Shown in pieces: positions 1 through 8,902 of a stretch of DNA of 64,000 bases (its first letter is position 1; every line of letters starts with the position of its first letter). A program made the translations under genes and the position numbers. The notes beneath the pieces were generated by a model, which was given only the letters and a program-made list of their open reading frames with translations, ran no database searches and was not told the DNA's origin. The stretch lies in the NCBI GenBank assembly GCA_963776435.1, contig CAVZMK010000006.1:472895-536894 (forward strand), given 5' to 3'. The DNA is from an uncultured Microthrixaceae bacterium. Lineage in GTDB: Bacteria; Actinomycetota; Acidimicrobiia; Acidimicrobiales; Acidimicrobilacustridaceae.

Positions 1-1
1 C

Positions 2-184
2 ACCACCCGCCGCACCCGGGCGTTCCACCACTACAGCGTCGGCGGCGAGCTGTCGGTCGAGGACGTCGAGGTGCTCGACGAGGTGGTCGAGGACGTGTCC
101 TGCCGCTGGTGCGGCTCCGGCGCCAACGTGGTCGTGATGACGGCGGACGAGGACGCGAACGCGGCGGAGCCGCTCGGAGGGTGA
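2..184 (+). CDS. 3' end of a hypothetical protein whose start lies upstream of the window
   Basis: Frame 2 is open from the window edge to TGA 182-184 (...VEDVSCRWCGSGANVVVMTADEDANAAEPLGG*). No domain recognised. Confidence 0.3.
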   Translation, partial: TTRRTRAFHHYSVGGELSVEDVEVLDEVVEDVSCRWCGSGANVVVMTADEDANAAEPLGG

Positions 185-226
185 CGACCTTCTGCCTGTC
201 ATACCCCCTTCGTAGGATCGTCGTGG

Positions 227-484
227 GTGGAGCGTCCGGGCTGGTCCCGGCCCCTCACGAGCCACGGAGCCGACATGCACTCGACCGACGAGGTCCTCAC
301 CATCGACTGCGACCAGTGCGTCGCGCAGCACACCGACGCGTGCGCCGACTGCGTCGTGACCTTCTTGTGCACCGCGGATTCCAGTCAGGCGGTGGTGGTC
401 GACGTCGCCGAGGTGCGGGCGTTGCGCCTGCTGGCCGACAGCGGCCTGGCGCCACCGCTGCGGCTCGACCGCCGCACCGGCTGA
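227..484 (+). CDS. small Cys-rich hypothetical protein (two CxxC pairs)
   Basis: ORF-track 227-484, 85 aa; ATG 275 is an alternative start. The CDQC and CADC pairs suggest a small zinc-binding protein. The stop is 4 nt before the queG start. Confidence 0.45.
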   Translation: MERPGWSRPLTSHGADMHSTDEVLTIDCDQCVAQHTDACADCVVTFLCTADSSQAVVVDVAEVRALRLLADSGLAPPLRLDRRTG

Positions 485-488
485 GCCA

Positions 489-1631
489 ATGCTGAGCGCG
501 GGCGATGCCGAGGCCGTCCGCGACGTGGGGCTGCGGGCCGGCCTCGACCGGGTCGGTTTCGCGTCCGCCGAGCCCTTCGACGAAGCCCGACAGGCGCTCG
601 TCGAGCGAGCCGCCGCCGGGCTGGCATCGTCGATGCAGTTCACCTACCGCCATCCCGACCGGTCGACCGACCCCTCCCGGACGCTGCCCGAGGTCGTCTC
701 GCTGGTGGTGGGGGCACACTCGTACGCGCACGCCGTTCCCGACGCCCCCGCGCACCTGCCCGTCGCGGCGCGGGTGGCCCGCTACGCCGCCGCCGACCAC
801 TACCAGGCGCTGCGCGAGGGACTCACGGCCATGGCCGATCACCTGGTAGCCGGCGGATGGATGGCGCGCGTCGTGCTCGACGACAACGCGCTGGTCGATC
901 GAGCCGCCGCCCACCGGGCCGGCATCGGCTGGTACGGCAAGAACGCCAACATCCTCGTGCCCGGCCTCGGCAGCTGGGTCGTCCTCGGATCGGTGCTCAC
1001 CGACGCACCGCTTCCGGTGGCCACCGATCCGGTGGTCGACGGGTGCGGGTCCTGCCGGCGGTGCCTCGACGGCTGCCCGACGGGCGCGATCGTGGCGCCG
1101 GGCGTGGTCGACGCCGGCCGGTGCCTCGCCTGGCTGGTGCAGGCCGAGGGCGTCTTCCCGGTCGAGCATCGAGTCGCCCTCGGTGACCGCCTCTACGGCT
1201 GCGACGAGTGCCAGGAGGTGTGCCCGCCGTCGAACCGCGCGTCGACCGGCGCGGACGTCGCGATCGGGTCGACCAGCCACGGCACGGGTGACTGGGTCGA
1301 CGTGCTCGGCCTGCTCGGCTCCGACGACGACACGCTGCTGGCGCGGTTCGGTCGTTGGTACATCCCGCGTCGCGAGCCGCGGTACCTCCGCCGCAACGCG
1401 CTGGTGGTGCTGGGCAACACCGGGTCGCCAGACGATCCGTCGGTCGTCACGGCGTTGCGGCTCGCGCTCGCGGATGACGATCCGATCGTGCGCGGCCACG
1501 CGGTGTGGGCGGCCCGCCGCCTCGGTCGCGACGACCTGCTGGCAGGGTTCGCGGGCGAGTCCGATCCCGTCGTCCGGGCCGAGCTCGACCGACCGGTCGA
1601 GCAGCTCGTCGCGTCGCCCGGCGGGCCATGA
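489..1631 (+). CDS. queG: epoxyqueuosine reductase
   Basis: ORF-track 489-1631, 380 aa. Ferredoxin-type cluster motifs CGSCRRCLDGCP and CDECQEVCPP are followed by a C-terminal HEAT-like repeat (DDPIVRGHAVWAARRLG), which is the QueG layout. Confidence 0.85.
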   Translation: MLSAGDAEAVRDVGLRAGLDRVGFASAEPFDEARQALVERAAAGLASSMQFTYRHPDRSTDPSRTLPEVVSLVVGAHSYAHAVPDAPAHLPVAARVARYAAADHYQALREGLTAMADHLVAGGWMARVVLDDNALVDRAAAHRAGIGWYGKNANILVPGLGSWVVLGSVLTDAPLPVATDPVVDGCGSCRRCLDGCPTGAIVAPGVVDAGRCLAWLVQAEGVFPVEHRVALGDRLYGCDECQEVCPPSNRASTGADVAIGSTSHGTGDWVDVLGLLGSDDDTLLARFGRWYIPRREPRYLRRNALVVLGNTGSPDDPSVVTALRLALADDDPIVRGHAVWAARRLGRDDLLAGFAGESDPVVRAELDRPVEQLVASPGGP

Positions 1632-2748
1632 GCCACCTGCTGGTCACCAACGACTTCCCACCCAAGCAGGGGGGTATCCAGTCCTACCTCTGGGAGCTGT
1701 GGCGGCGCCTGCCCGGCGATCCCGTCGTGCTGACCGGTGCACGCCGCGATGCCGCGAGCTGGGACGCCGAGCAGGGGTTCCGCATCGAACGCACGACGCG
1801 CTCCGTGCTGCTGCCCACGCCCGACTTGCGCCGGCGGATCGACCGCCTCGCCGCCGAGGTCGACGCCCCGATCGTCCTGCTCGACCCGGCGCTGCCGCTC
1901 GGCGCGCTGGGTCGCTCGCTCGAGCGGCCCTACGGCGTGATCGTGCACGGCGCCGAGGTCGCGGTGCCGGGGCGGCTGCCGGGCGTGAGGGCCGGCCTGG
2001 CGGCGGTGCTGCGGAGCGCGCCGGCTCGTCGTGGCGGCCGGGGGCTATCCGGCCGCGGAGGCCGAGCGGGCGGCCGGCGCGTCGCTGCCGACCGTCGTCA
2101 TTCCGCCCGGCGTCGACGTCGACCGCTTCCACCCGCTCGACGCCGTCGGCGCGGGCCGCCGCACGCGCTCGCCTCGGTCTGCCGGTCGACGGCCAGGTCG
2201 TGCTCGGACTCAGCCGTCTGGTGCCTCGCAAGGGCTTCGACGTGCTCATCCGGGCGGTGGCCGACCTGGTCCTGACCCATCCCGACGTCGTCTTGGTGCT
2301 GGCGGGATCGGGCCGCGACCGGGGCCGGCTCGAGCGACTGGCCCAGCGGCACCGGCGCGCCCGTGCGCTTCCTGGGTCGTGTCGCCGACGCGGACCTGGC
2401 CGAGGTCCACGGGCTGGCGGACGTGTTCGCGATGGTGTGCCGATCGCGGTGGTTCGGGCTCGAACAGGAAGGCTTCGGCATCGTCTTCCTCGAGGCCGCC
2501 GCGGCCGGCGTGCCGCAGGTGGCGGGCGCCAGCGGCGGCGCCCACGAGGCCGTCGTCGACGGTGTGACCGGCACGGTCGTGCGCGATCCGCGATCGGCCG
2601 CGGCGGTGGCGAGGTCGCTCGCCGCGCTGCTCGACCATCCCGAGCGCCGGGCCCGATTCGCGGCCGCCGGCCGGGCGGGCGCGTGGCCGACGAGCTCACC
2701 TACGACGTGCTGGCCCGACGACTGGCCGACGCGCTCGCCGCCGTGTGA
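1628..2748 (+). pseudogene. GT4-family glycosyltransferase (PimB/MshA-like), frame broken about 5 times
   Basis: Conserved GT4 blocks are spread over four ORF-track frames. They are 1505-2275 (MSHLLVTNDFPPKQGGIQSYLWEL), 2031-2567 (AAGGYPAAEAERAAG...VVIPPGVDVDRFHP), 1183-2748 (LGLPVDGQVVLGLSRLVPRKGFDVLIRA...LVLAGSG) and 2363-2884 (EQEGFGIVFLEAAAAGVPQVAG, the E-x7-E region). The gene ends in the 1183-2748 frame (VADELTYDVLARRLADALAAV*). ATG 1628 overlaps the queG stop (ATGA). Length 1121 nt = 2 mod 3. Confidence 0.75.
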
Positions 2749-2847
2749 GGCTGGGCCCGATGCCCGAGCCCGACGCCACCGCGCGACACCGAGGCGGCAC
2801 CGCCGTCGTCGCCCGCATCCGGCCACGGGATCATCCGGGCCTCGTGG

Positions 2848-3345
2848 GTGGGCACGATCGTCTTCTCGATCTGCGCCGTCCTGACCGCGGTCGCACCCCA
2901 CACGTTCGTGGCCCTCGGCGTCGGGGTGTCCCTCGTCCTCTTCTTCGCCGGCATCGGGCTGTTCCTGTGGGCCTACGCCGTCGCCGTGAACCGCAGCCGC
3001 ACCGATCTCATCGGGCTCGGTGGCCTCTTCTTCCTGGTGGGCAGCGCGCCCCGCGGGGTCCAGCGCTCGCTCCTCGGCTCGTTCGCGGTCGAGATCGTCG
3101 TCGCGCTCGTCACGGCCGCCGTGCACCCGTTCACACCCCTCGCCTTCGGGGTGCTGGCACCGATGTACGGGCTGGCGCTGTGCGGGCTGTGGGCGGCCAA
3201 GTGGGGCACCTTCCCGCCCCGACCCCCCGACGAGGGCCGGCGCAAGGGCCGCTCGACCGCCACGGGCGGCGGGTCGAAGGCCAAGGCCACGGCCAAGAAC
3301 GGGCGTGTCACCCCGCCGAAGGGACGATCCTCCCGATCGCGGTGA
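2848..3345 (+). CDS. integral membrane protein, unknown function
   Basis: ORF-track 2848-3345, 165 aa. Several hydrophobic helices are followed by a basic Gly/Lys/Arg tail. No family recognised. Confidence 0.5.
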   Translation: MGTIVFSICAVLTAVAPHTFVALGVGVSLVLFFAGIGLFLWAYAVAVNRSRTDLIGLGGLFFLVGSAPRGVQRSLLGSFAVEIVVALVTAAVHPFTPLAFGVLAPMYGLALCGLWAAKWGTFPPRPPDEGRRKGRSTATGGGSKAKATAKNGRVTPPKGRSSRSR

Positions 3346-3348
3346 CGG

Positions 3349-3372
3349 GGACCGGCCACGCCCCGCCGGTCC
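3349..3372 (+). terminator. GC-rich hairpin downstream of membrane-protein gene (possible intrinsic terminator)
   Basis: ggaccggc (3349-3356) / loop cacgcccc / gccggtcc (3365-3372), an 8-bp perfect stem starting 4 nt after the stop. It is followed by a moderately T-containing stretch with no clear U-tract. Confidence 0.3.
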
Positions 3373-3402
3373 GAGTGCCAGGGTCTTGTATCGTCGGCGG
3401 CC

Positions 3403-3885
3403 ATGGCCGAGCAGGCACGAGAGCAGACCACGATCAACGCCTCGGTCGACGAGTGCTTCCAGACGCTGGTCGACTTCGAGTCCTATCCCGAGTGGGCCGG
3501 CGACCTGAAGGCGGCCACCGTGGTCGAGCGCGACGGCGACGGCCGGGCGGTCGTGGTCGAGTTCCGGGCCGCAGCCATGGGGCGTTCCACCACCTATCGG
3601 CTCAAGTACGACTACACCGGGGCGCCGGGTCGGCTGGCGTGGGAGCTGCTGAGCGGCGACCTCGAGCGCGAGCTCGACGGGTGCTACCTGTTGTCGGCCT
3701 CGCCCGACGCGCCGGGTTCGACCGACATCGTGTACGAGCTGGCCGTCGACCTGATCGTGCCGATCCCCGGCTTCGTCAAGCGCCGGGCCGAGGCCCGCAT
3801 CATCAAGACGGCGCTGTCCGAGCTGAAGGCAAGGGTCGAGGGCGCGGCCCCGGCCGGGGGCAGCGACGACCTGCCCGACTCGTAG
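3403..3885 (+). CDS. SRPBCC (START/polyketide cyclase-dehydrase-like) family protein
   Basis: ORF-track 3403-3885, 160 aa. N-terminal pattern INASVDECFQTLVDFESYPEWAG and the overall length are typical of SRPBCC ligand-binding proteins. Confidence 0.7.
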   Translation: MAEQAREQTTINASVDECFQTLVDFESYPEWAGDLKAATVVERDGDGRAVVVEFRAAAMGRSTTYRLKYDYTGAPGRLAWELLSGDLERELDGCYLLSASPDAPGSTDIVYELAVDLIVPIPGFVKRRAEARIIKTALSELKARVEGAAPAGGSDDLPDS

Positions 3886-3894
3886 CGCCGCGCG

Positions 3895-5101
3895 GTGCGC
3901 GTCCTCCTCTTCACCGGCAAAGGCGGCGTCGGCAAGACCTCGGTGGCCGCCGCCACCGCGCTCGCGAGCGCCGACGCCGGTCGGCGGACCCTGATCATCT
4001 CGACCGACCCGGCCCACTCGCTCGCCGACAGCTTCGGGGTCGACCTCGGCAGCTCGCCCACCCGCATCGCCAAGCGCCTCAAGGGCCAACAGCTCGACGC
4101 CCAGTCGCGGATGGAGGAGTCGTGGGACGAGATCCAGCGCTGGCTCGTCGACGTCTTCAACTGGGCCGGCGTCGACGCCATCGAGGCCGAGGAGCTGGCC
4201 GTGGTCCCCGGTCTCGACGAGGTCTTCGCCCTCGGCGACATCAAGACCTACGCCGAATCGGGTGACTGGGACACCCTGGTCGTCGACTGCGCGCCGACCG
4301 CCGAGACCATCCGCCTGCTGAGCCTGCCCGACATCCTCTCCTGGTACATGGAGCGGGTGTTCCCGGCGGGCCGCCGCGTGAACCGCATGCTCGGACCCGT
4401 GCTGTCGCGGATGACGAGCCTGCCCGGTCGCGGGCGACGAGGTGTTCGGCGCGACCCGCCGCTTCTACGACCGGCTCGACGGGGTGAAGGAGGTGCTGTC
4501 CGACCGCGAGCGCACGAGCGTGCGGCTGGTGGTGAACCCCGAGCGGATGGTCATCGCCGAGGCCCGCCGCACCTACACCTACCTGTCGCTGTTCGGCTAC
4601 CGGGTCGACGCGGTGATCGCCAACCGGCTGCTCCCCGACGAGGTGACCGACCCCTGGTTCGCGCAGTGGCGCGCCGCGCAGGCAAAGCACATGGACACGA
4701 TCGACCGGGCGTTCTCACCGCTGCCGATCCTGAAGGCGCGTCTCGCCGACGACGAGATCGTCGGCGTCGATCGGCTCCGACGGTTCGCAGACGAGGTGTA
4801 TTCCGGAGTCGATCCGCTCGCGGTGCTGCACGACCACGATCCGATGGACATCGTCGCCGACGGCGACGCGAGGGTGCTCGTGCTCGAGCTGCCGTTCGCC
4901 GACCGCGACGACGTCGATGTCGGTCGACGGGGTGACGAGCTGCTGGTCAGCGTCGGGCCCTACCGTCGCGCCATCATGCTGCCGGACTCGTTGCGCCGCC
5001 GCGAGGTGACCGCCGCCAAGCTCCGCAAGGGAAAGCTCCGCATTACTTTTGGTGAGACGGACGCGCGATCAGCCGGATCGCACCGTCGGGAGACGCGATG
5101 A
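3895..5101 (+). pseudogene. ArsA/Get3-like P-loop ATPase with C-terminal HSP20-like domain, one +1 frame break
   Basis: The N-terminal part is in ORF 3895-4935 (MRVLLFTGKGGVGKTSVAAATA deviant Walker A, ISTDPAHSL, VVDCAPTAETIRLL). The C-terminal part is in ORF 4442-5101 (VRLVVNPERMVIAEARR, then the alpha-crystallin-like VLVLELPFADRDDVDV...LRKGKLRITF). The break is near 4426 (cccg[g]tcg). Length 1207 nt = 1 mod 3. Confidence 0.8.
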
Positions 5102-5412
5102 ACGAGCACGACGAGCCGGAGCCCGCCGACGAGGCGTCCGATGTGGACGCCACCATGGCCGAGGGCGTCGAGCACCTCCAGAGCGCGGCCCGCGAGATGA
5201 TCGCCGCCGCCCGGACCTTCCTCGACGTGGTCGAGGAGGTCGTCGGCGACAACTCGGCCGTGGCGTCGGTGGCCGAGGCGCTCGGCTCGTTCGGCCAGGT
5301 CGTGTCGCGGGCCGCCGGGCGCGCCGCCGCCGAGGGCGACGGCGCCGCCGGGCCAGACGAGGAGGACGGAGGAGCCGCCCGGTCCCGGGTGCAGCACATC
5401 GACCTCTCCTAG
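5098..5412 (+). CDS. small acidic hypothetical protein, translationally coupled to the ArsA-like gene
   Basis: ORF-track 5098-5412, 104 aa, rich in Asp/Glu/Ala. Its ATG overlaps the upstream stop (ATGA). No domain recognised. Confidence 0.5.
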   Translation: MNEHDEPEPADEASDVDATMAEGVEHLQSAAREMIAAARTFLDVVEEVVGDNSAVASVAEALGSFGQVVSRAAGRAAAEGDGAAGPDEEDGGAARSRVQHIDLS

Positions 5413-5511
5413 TGGTGTTCCGGTGCGGCGCTGGTCCTGGACCGACTCCCAATAAGCTTGATGCACTCCTGTGCTCACATTCCTCCGATCGGAACCGATG
5501 GTGACCTCACC

Positions 5512-7665
5512 ATGAGGCTGTTGCAGCTCCAGCTCGGGGTCGACGGTTCGGGCGCGTCCGGGCCACTCGACTTCCACCCGATGATGACCGTGGTGAGCGG
5601 TCTCGACGCGGCCGCGCGGGCGCGGGTCATCGCCGCCATCACGGCTCTGCCGCGTGGACTCGATCCCGGGATGACCGGGATGGTCGAAGCCCACGGCGTG
5701 CTGTTCGACCTCACGGTCGAGAACCTCGCGATGCTCGGCCTCGAGGGTGACCTCGATCCGCTCATCCGGCGCGCCGATCTCCCCGGTGCGGTGTCCGAGC
5801 CCGTGGAGGAGCCGGTCGCGGCGGTCAGCGCCGAGCAGTTCCTCGCCGGCGCGCCCGAGGGCCTTTACCCCGACCTCGACGCGGCTCGGCGCCAGCAGCG
5901 CTCCGCCCGCGAGACGTTGTCGATCCTGCGGGAGGCGGCCGAGCGCGCCCGGCGTGACCACGCCGACGCGGCGGCGGCCCTGCGCCGGGCCCGATTGGCG
6001 GTCGACGAGGCGAACGGTCGCGCCGCAGGCGGCGACGAGGCCGCGCGCTTGCTCGACGACGTGTTGTTCGATCCGCCCGACGCGCCCGCCACCAACGCGC
6101 CGGCTGCGTCGCGCGACGAGCTGGTCGCCCGAAGTGACGAGCTCGCCGCCCGACTCGCGCACGTCGAGCAGGGACTGGCCGAGCTCTCGGCACTCGACAT
6201 GCGCCCCATCGAGGTGCTCGTCGACGCCATCCGCAATCCGGCGCCGTCCGAGATGGTCCCGTCCGAGCGGGCCAACCAGTTGGCCGACGAGTTCGTCGCG
6301 CTCCAGCAACAGGTCGATGCGTTCGAGGCCGGTCTCGAGGCGCAGGGCCGCGGCACCGCGTCCGCGCTCCAGGCGGTCGAGGCCGCCCGCGTCGAACTGG
6401 CCGCGGCCGAGCGCGCCATGCAGAAGCCGAACCTCTCGCCCGACGACGTGAAAGAGCTCGAGCTGGCGCACGAGGCGGTGCTCGAGGCCGAGTCCAAGTC
6501 ATCGGGGCGGCTCCGCCGGGGCGGCTCCAAGCGCCTCGACGAGGCGGCCGCCGCCCAGCAGGTCATCCTCGACCGCGTGGGGTTCCCCACGTGGAGCTCG
6601 TACGTCATGGGGGCGACCCTCCTGGGCATCGACCCCATGGCCGAGGAGCGCCTCGAGCGGGCGCGGCTCGACCTCGACGCAGCCGAGGCCCACTGGGCCG
6701 ACGTGGCCGCGGCCATCGAGTCCGACCCCGACCACCGGGCACTGCTCGACCGGCTCGAAGCGGTCTACCTCGAGGCGTTCGACATCCTGGGAGGCGACGA
6801 CGAGCAGGCCGACCTCGAGCACGCGCTGCGCGGCGTCCAGGTCCCGAAGGGCGAGGTGACCCAGGAGGAGCTGGTCGAGGCGCTCGCCTACCAGCTCGAG
6901 CTCGTGGGCCTGAGCCTCGGGCCCAATCCGGGCATCGACCGGGTGCTGATGGGCGCGGACGCCTTCCTCGCCGAGGTGAGCGCGCTCGCGGTGCGGATCG
7001 GTGAGCTCAACGCCGAGCGCGACGAGCTCCACATCGAGATGTCCGACGCCCGCCATGCGCTCGACACGTTCGACGCCGCCGAGCGGGCCGCGGCCGAGCC
7101 GACGATCGACCTGACCGACGGTGCACCGGTCTCCGCGCCCGATGCCACCTCGCCCGACGAGCTGGCCGCCGAGCTCCAGCGCGCCACCGAGGACGAAGCC
7201 GGCTTCGCCGAGCAGCTCGAGGCCCGGTTGGCCCTGGTCGACGCGTCCACCCGGGTCGAGGCGCTCGCGGCCAGCCGGGTCATGCGGGTGGCGAGCCAGT
7301 TGGCGGCGTCCGAGGCCGGCCAGACCGTCCAGCCCGCCGAGCCGACCCGCCCGGCGCTCGACGCCGACTACCAGATGGACGGTGGCGAGGGTCGGTCCCT
7401 GCCGGAGGCGATCGAGTTCTACCTCCTGGCCCGACTGGCCGCGCAGCGGGCGGTGTCGTTCTCCGGCTCGGTGCCCCTCGTCGTCGACGATGCCCTCGCC
7501 GGCCTCGAGCCCGCGATCGTGCGCTCGCTGCTCGACAAGCTCGAGCGGATGTCCGAGGCCGTGCAGATCATCTATCTGAGCGACGACCCGGAGATCGCCG
7601 ATTGGGTCGCGTCGGTGGGCATCCAGCGGGCTGCAGTGGTGGCCGCCCCGCGTCAGTTCGCCTGA
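5512..7665 (+). CDS. SMC/RecF-like coiled-coil protein with degenerate nucleotide-binding motifs
   Basis: ORF-track 5458-7665; I prefer ATG 5512 because about 7 of the 16 codons between ATG 5461 and 5511 end in A/T. The N-terminal head MRLLQLQLGVDG...LDFHPMMTVVSGLDAAARARVIAAI resembles an SMC/RecF head, but Walker A is GLDAAARA instead of GxxGxGK[ST]. About 450 aa of Ala/Glu/Arg/Leu-rich coiled coil follow. The C-terminal head has a signature-like MDGGEG, a Walker-B-like PLVVDDALAGLE and QIIYLSDD. Confidence 0.6.
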   Translation: MRLLQLQLGVDGSGASGPLDFHPMMTVVSGLDAAARARVIAAITALPRGLDPGMTGMVEAHGVLFDLTVENLAMLGLEGDLDPLIRRADLPGAVSEPVEEPVAAVSAEQFLAGAPEGLYPDLDAARRQQRSARETLSILREAAERARRDHADAAAALRRARLAVDEANGRAAGGDEAARLLDDVLFDPPDAPATNAPAASRDELVARSDELAARLAHVEQGLAELSALDMRPIEVLVDAIRNPAPSEMVPSERANQLADEFVALQQQVDAFEAGLEAQGRGTASALQAVEAARVELAAAERAMQKPNLSPDDVKELELAHEAVLEAESKSSGRLRRGGSKRLDEAAAAQQVILDRVGFPTWSSYVMGATLLGIDPMAEERLERARLDLDAAEAHWADVAAAIESDPDHRALLDRLEAVYLEAFDILGGDDEQADLEHALRGVQVPKGEVTQEELVEALAYQLELVGLSLGPNPGIDRVLMGADAFLAEVSALAVRIGELNAERDELHIEMSDARHALDTFDAAERAAAEPTIDLTDGAPVSAPDATSPDELAAELQRATEDEAGFAEQLEARLALVDASTRVEALAASRVMRVASQLAASEAGQTVQPAEPTRPALDADYQMDGGEGRSLPEAIEFYLLARLAAQRAVSFSGSVPLVVDDALAGLEPAIVRSLLDKLERMSEAVQIIYLSDDPEIADWVASVGIQRAAVVAAPRQFA

Positions 7666-7691
7666 CCTGGGGTCTCCCGGGGGTCTCGCCG

Positions 7692-7709
7692 GGGACCGGT
7701 TCCGGTCCC
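7692..7709 (+). terminator. hairpin after the SMC-like gene (possible terminator)
   Basis: gggaccgg tt ccggtccc, a perfect 8-bp stem 27 nt after the stop, followed by the pyrimidine-rich tcgccttctctc. Confidence 0.35.
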
Positions 7710-7782
7710 TCGCCTTCTCTCAGCACGGCCGTCGCCGCTTGCCTACGATCAGGGCCTGACATCGAGCCCCCTTGGAGGCGCC

Positions 7783-8898
7783 GTGGCCGTGATCACCGAA
7801 GCTGCCGTCCGCGAGCTGGCCGGGTTCCGGGGTGGGGATGTGCCCGTGACGACCTGCTACCTCGATGTGGACGGGCGACGACTCAGTCGGCAGGGTGATT
7901 GCGAGCAGGAGCTGCAGCGGGTGCTGAGATCGGCCCGGTCGCGGGCCAACGGGGCTGGGTCGGTCTCCCGCGATCTCCAACGCATCGAGGCGTACGTCCG
8001 CGGTGGCATCGATCGGACGACGACGCGCGGCCTGGCCATCTTCTCCTGCTCGGCGCACGACTTCTGGAAGGTCGTGGCGTTGCCCGTGCCGGTGCGCAGC
8101 CGCGTGGTCATCAACCAGGCACCGGTGGTCGGTCCGCTCGAGACGGTGGCCCAGGAGTTCGAGCGCTTCGGCGTGCTGCTGGCCGACCGCCACCGGGCCA
8201 AGGTGTTCGTGTTCCACTTCGGCGAGCTGGTCGACCACTCCGAGCTCCTCGACGACCGAGCTCGTTTCGACGACGTGCGCGGGCACCTCGACCGTGGTGA
8301 TCTCGGCGCGCGGTCCGATGCGATGGTCGCGGCCCACCTCCGGCGGGCGGCCGACGCCGCCTTCCAGATCTTCCAGACCGAGCCGTTCGAACATCTGACG
8401 ATCGGCGGACCGGACACGGTCGTGCGCGCGCTCGAGACCACACTCCACCCGTACCTGCGCCGCCGGCTCTGCGGTCGCATCCAGGTCGGCGTCGGTGCGA
8501 GCACCGGAGAGGTGCGATCGGCCGTGCTCGACGTCGAGCGCGAGGTCGAGCGCCAACGCGAGGCGGTCGCGGTCGAGCGCCTGCGGGCGGCCGTCGCCAC
8601 GCACAGCCGGGCCGTCGTCGGGCTGGCCCCGACCTTGCGGGTGGTGGCCGAGCACCGCGTCGAGCAGCTGCTGGTGTCAGCGGCCTACGGCGAGCCGGGC
8701 TGGAGTTGCGCGGCCTGCGGGCACCTGGGTCTCGTCGGTCGGATCTGCCCGACGTGCAGCGCCGAGCTCACCCCCGTCGACGACATCGTGGAACTGGCCA
8801 TCGAGGCGGCGCTGGCGCAGTCCTGCCACGTCGAGATCTGCGTCGACAACCCCGATCTCGACGTAATGGGGCGCATCGGCGCCCTGCTGCGGTACTGA
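7783..8898 (+). CDS. bacterial eRF1/Pelota(Dom34)-like protein with an inserted zinc ribbon, no GGQ motif
   Basis: ORF-track 7783-8898, 371 aa. Three-block layout: the N-domain (VTTCYLDVDG...GLAIFSCSAHDFWKVVALPVPV...FGVLLADRHRAKVFVF), a central block with LTIGGPDTVV (compare the xxAGPGF element of eRF1/Pelota central domains), and a C-domain AVVGLAPTLRVVAEHRVEQLLVS (compare YG..V..A...GAV..LLV). A CAAC...CPTC ribbon follows. GGQ and NIKS are absent. Confidence 0.6.
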   Translation: MAVITEAAVRELAGFRGGDVPVTTCYLDVDGRRLSRQGDCEQELQRVLRSARSRANGAGSVSRDLQRIEAYVRGGIDRTTTRGLAIFSCSAHDFWKVVALPVPVRSRVVINQAPVVGPLETVAQEFERFGVLLADRHRAKVFVFHFGELVDHSELLDDRARFDDVRGHLDRGDLGARSDAMVAAHLRRAADAAFQIFQTEPFEHLTIGGPDTVVRALETTLHPYLRRRLCGRIQVGVGASTGEVRSAVLDVEREVERQREAVAVERLRAAVATHSRAVVGLAPTLRVVAEHRVEQLLVSAAYGEPGWSCAACGHLGLVGRICPTCSAELTPVDDIVELAIEAALAQSCHVEICVDNPDLDVMGRIGALLRY

Positions 8899-8902
8899 AC
8901 GG

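Noticed and set aside
297-1499. Numerous long antisense or shadow ORFs, for example 297-1499(-), 2098-4089(-), 4960-6471(-), 53214-55217(-), 58684-60882(+) and 41891-43603(-).
   Set aside because: They lie opposite or out of frame to genes with clear homology. They translate to Arg/Pro/Gly/Ala-rich low-complexity sequence. They are the expected by-product of high GC content.
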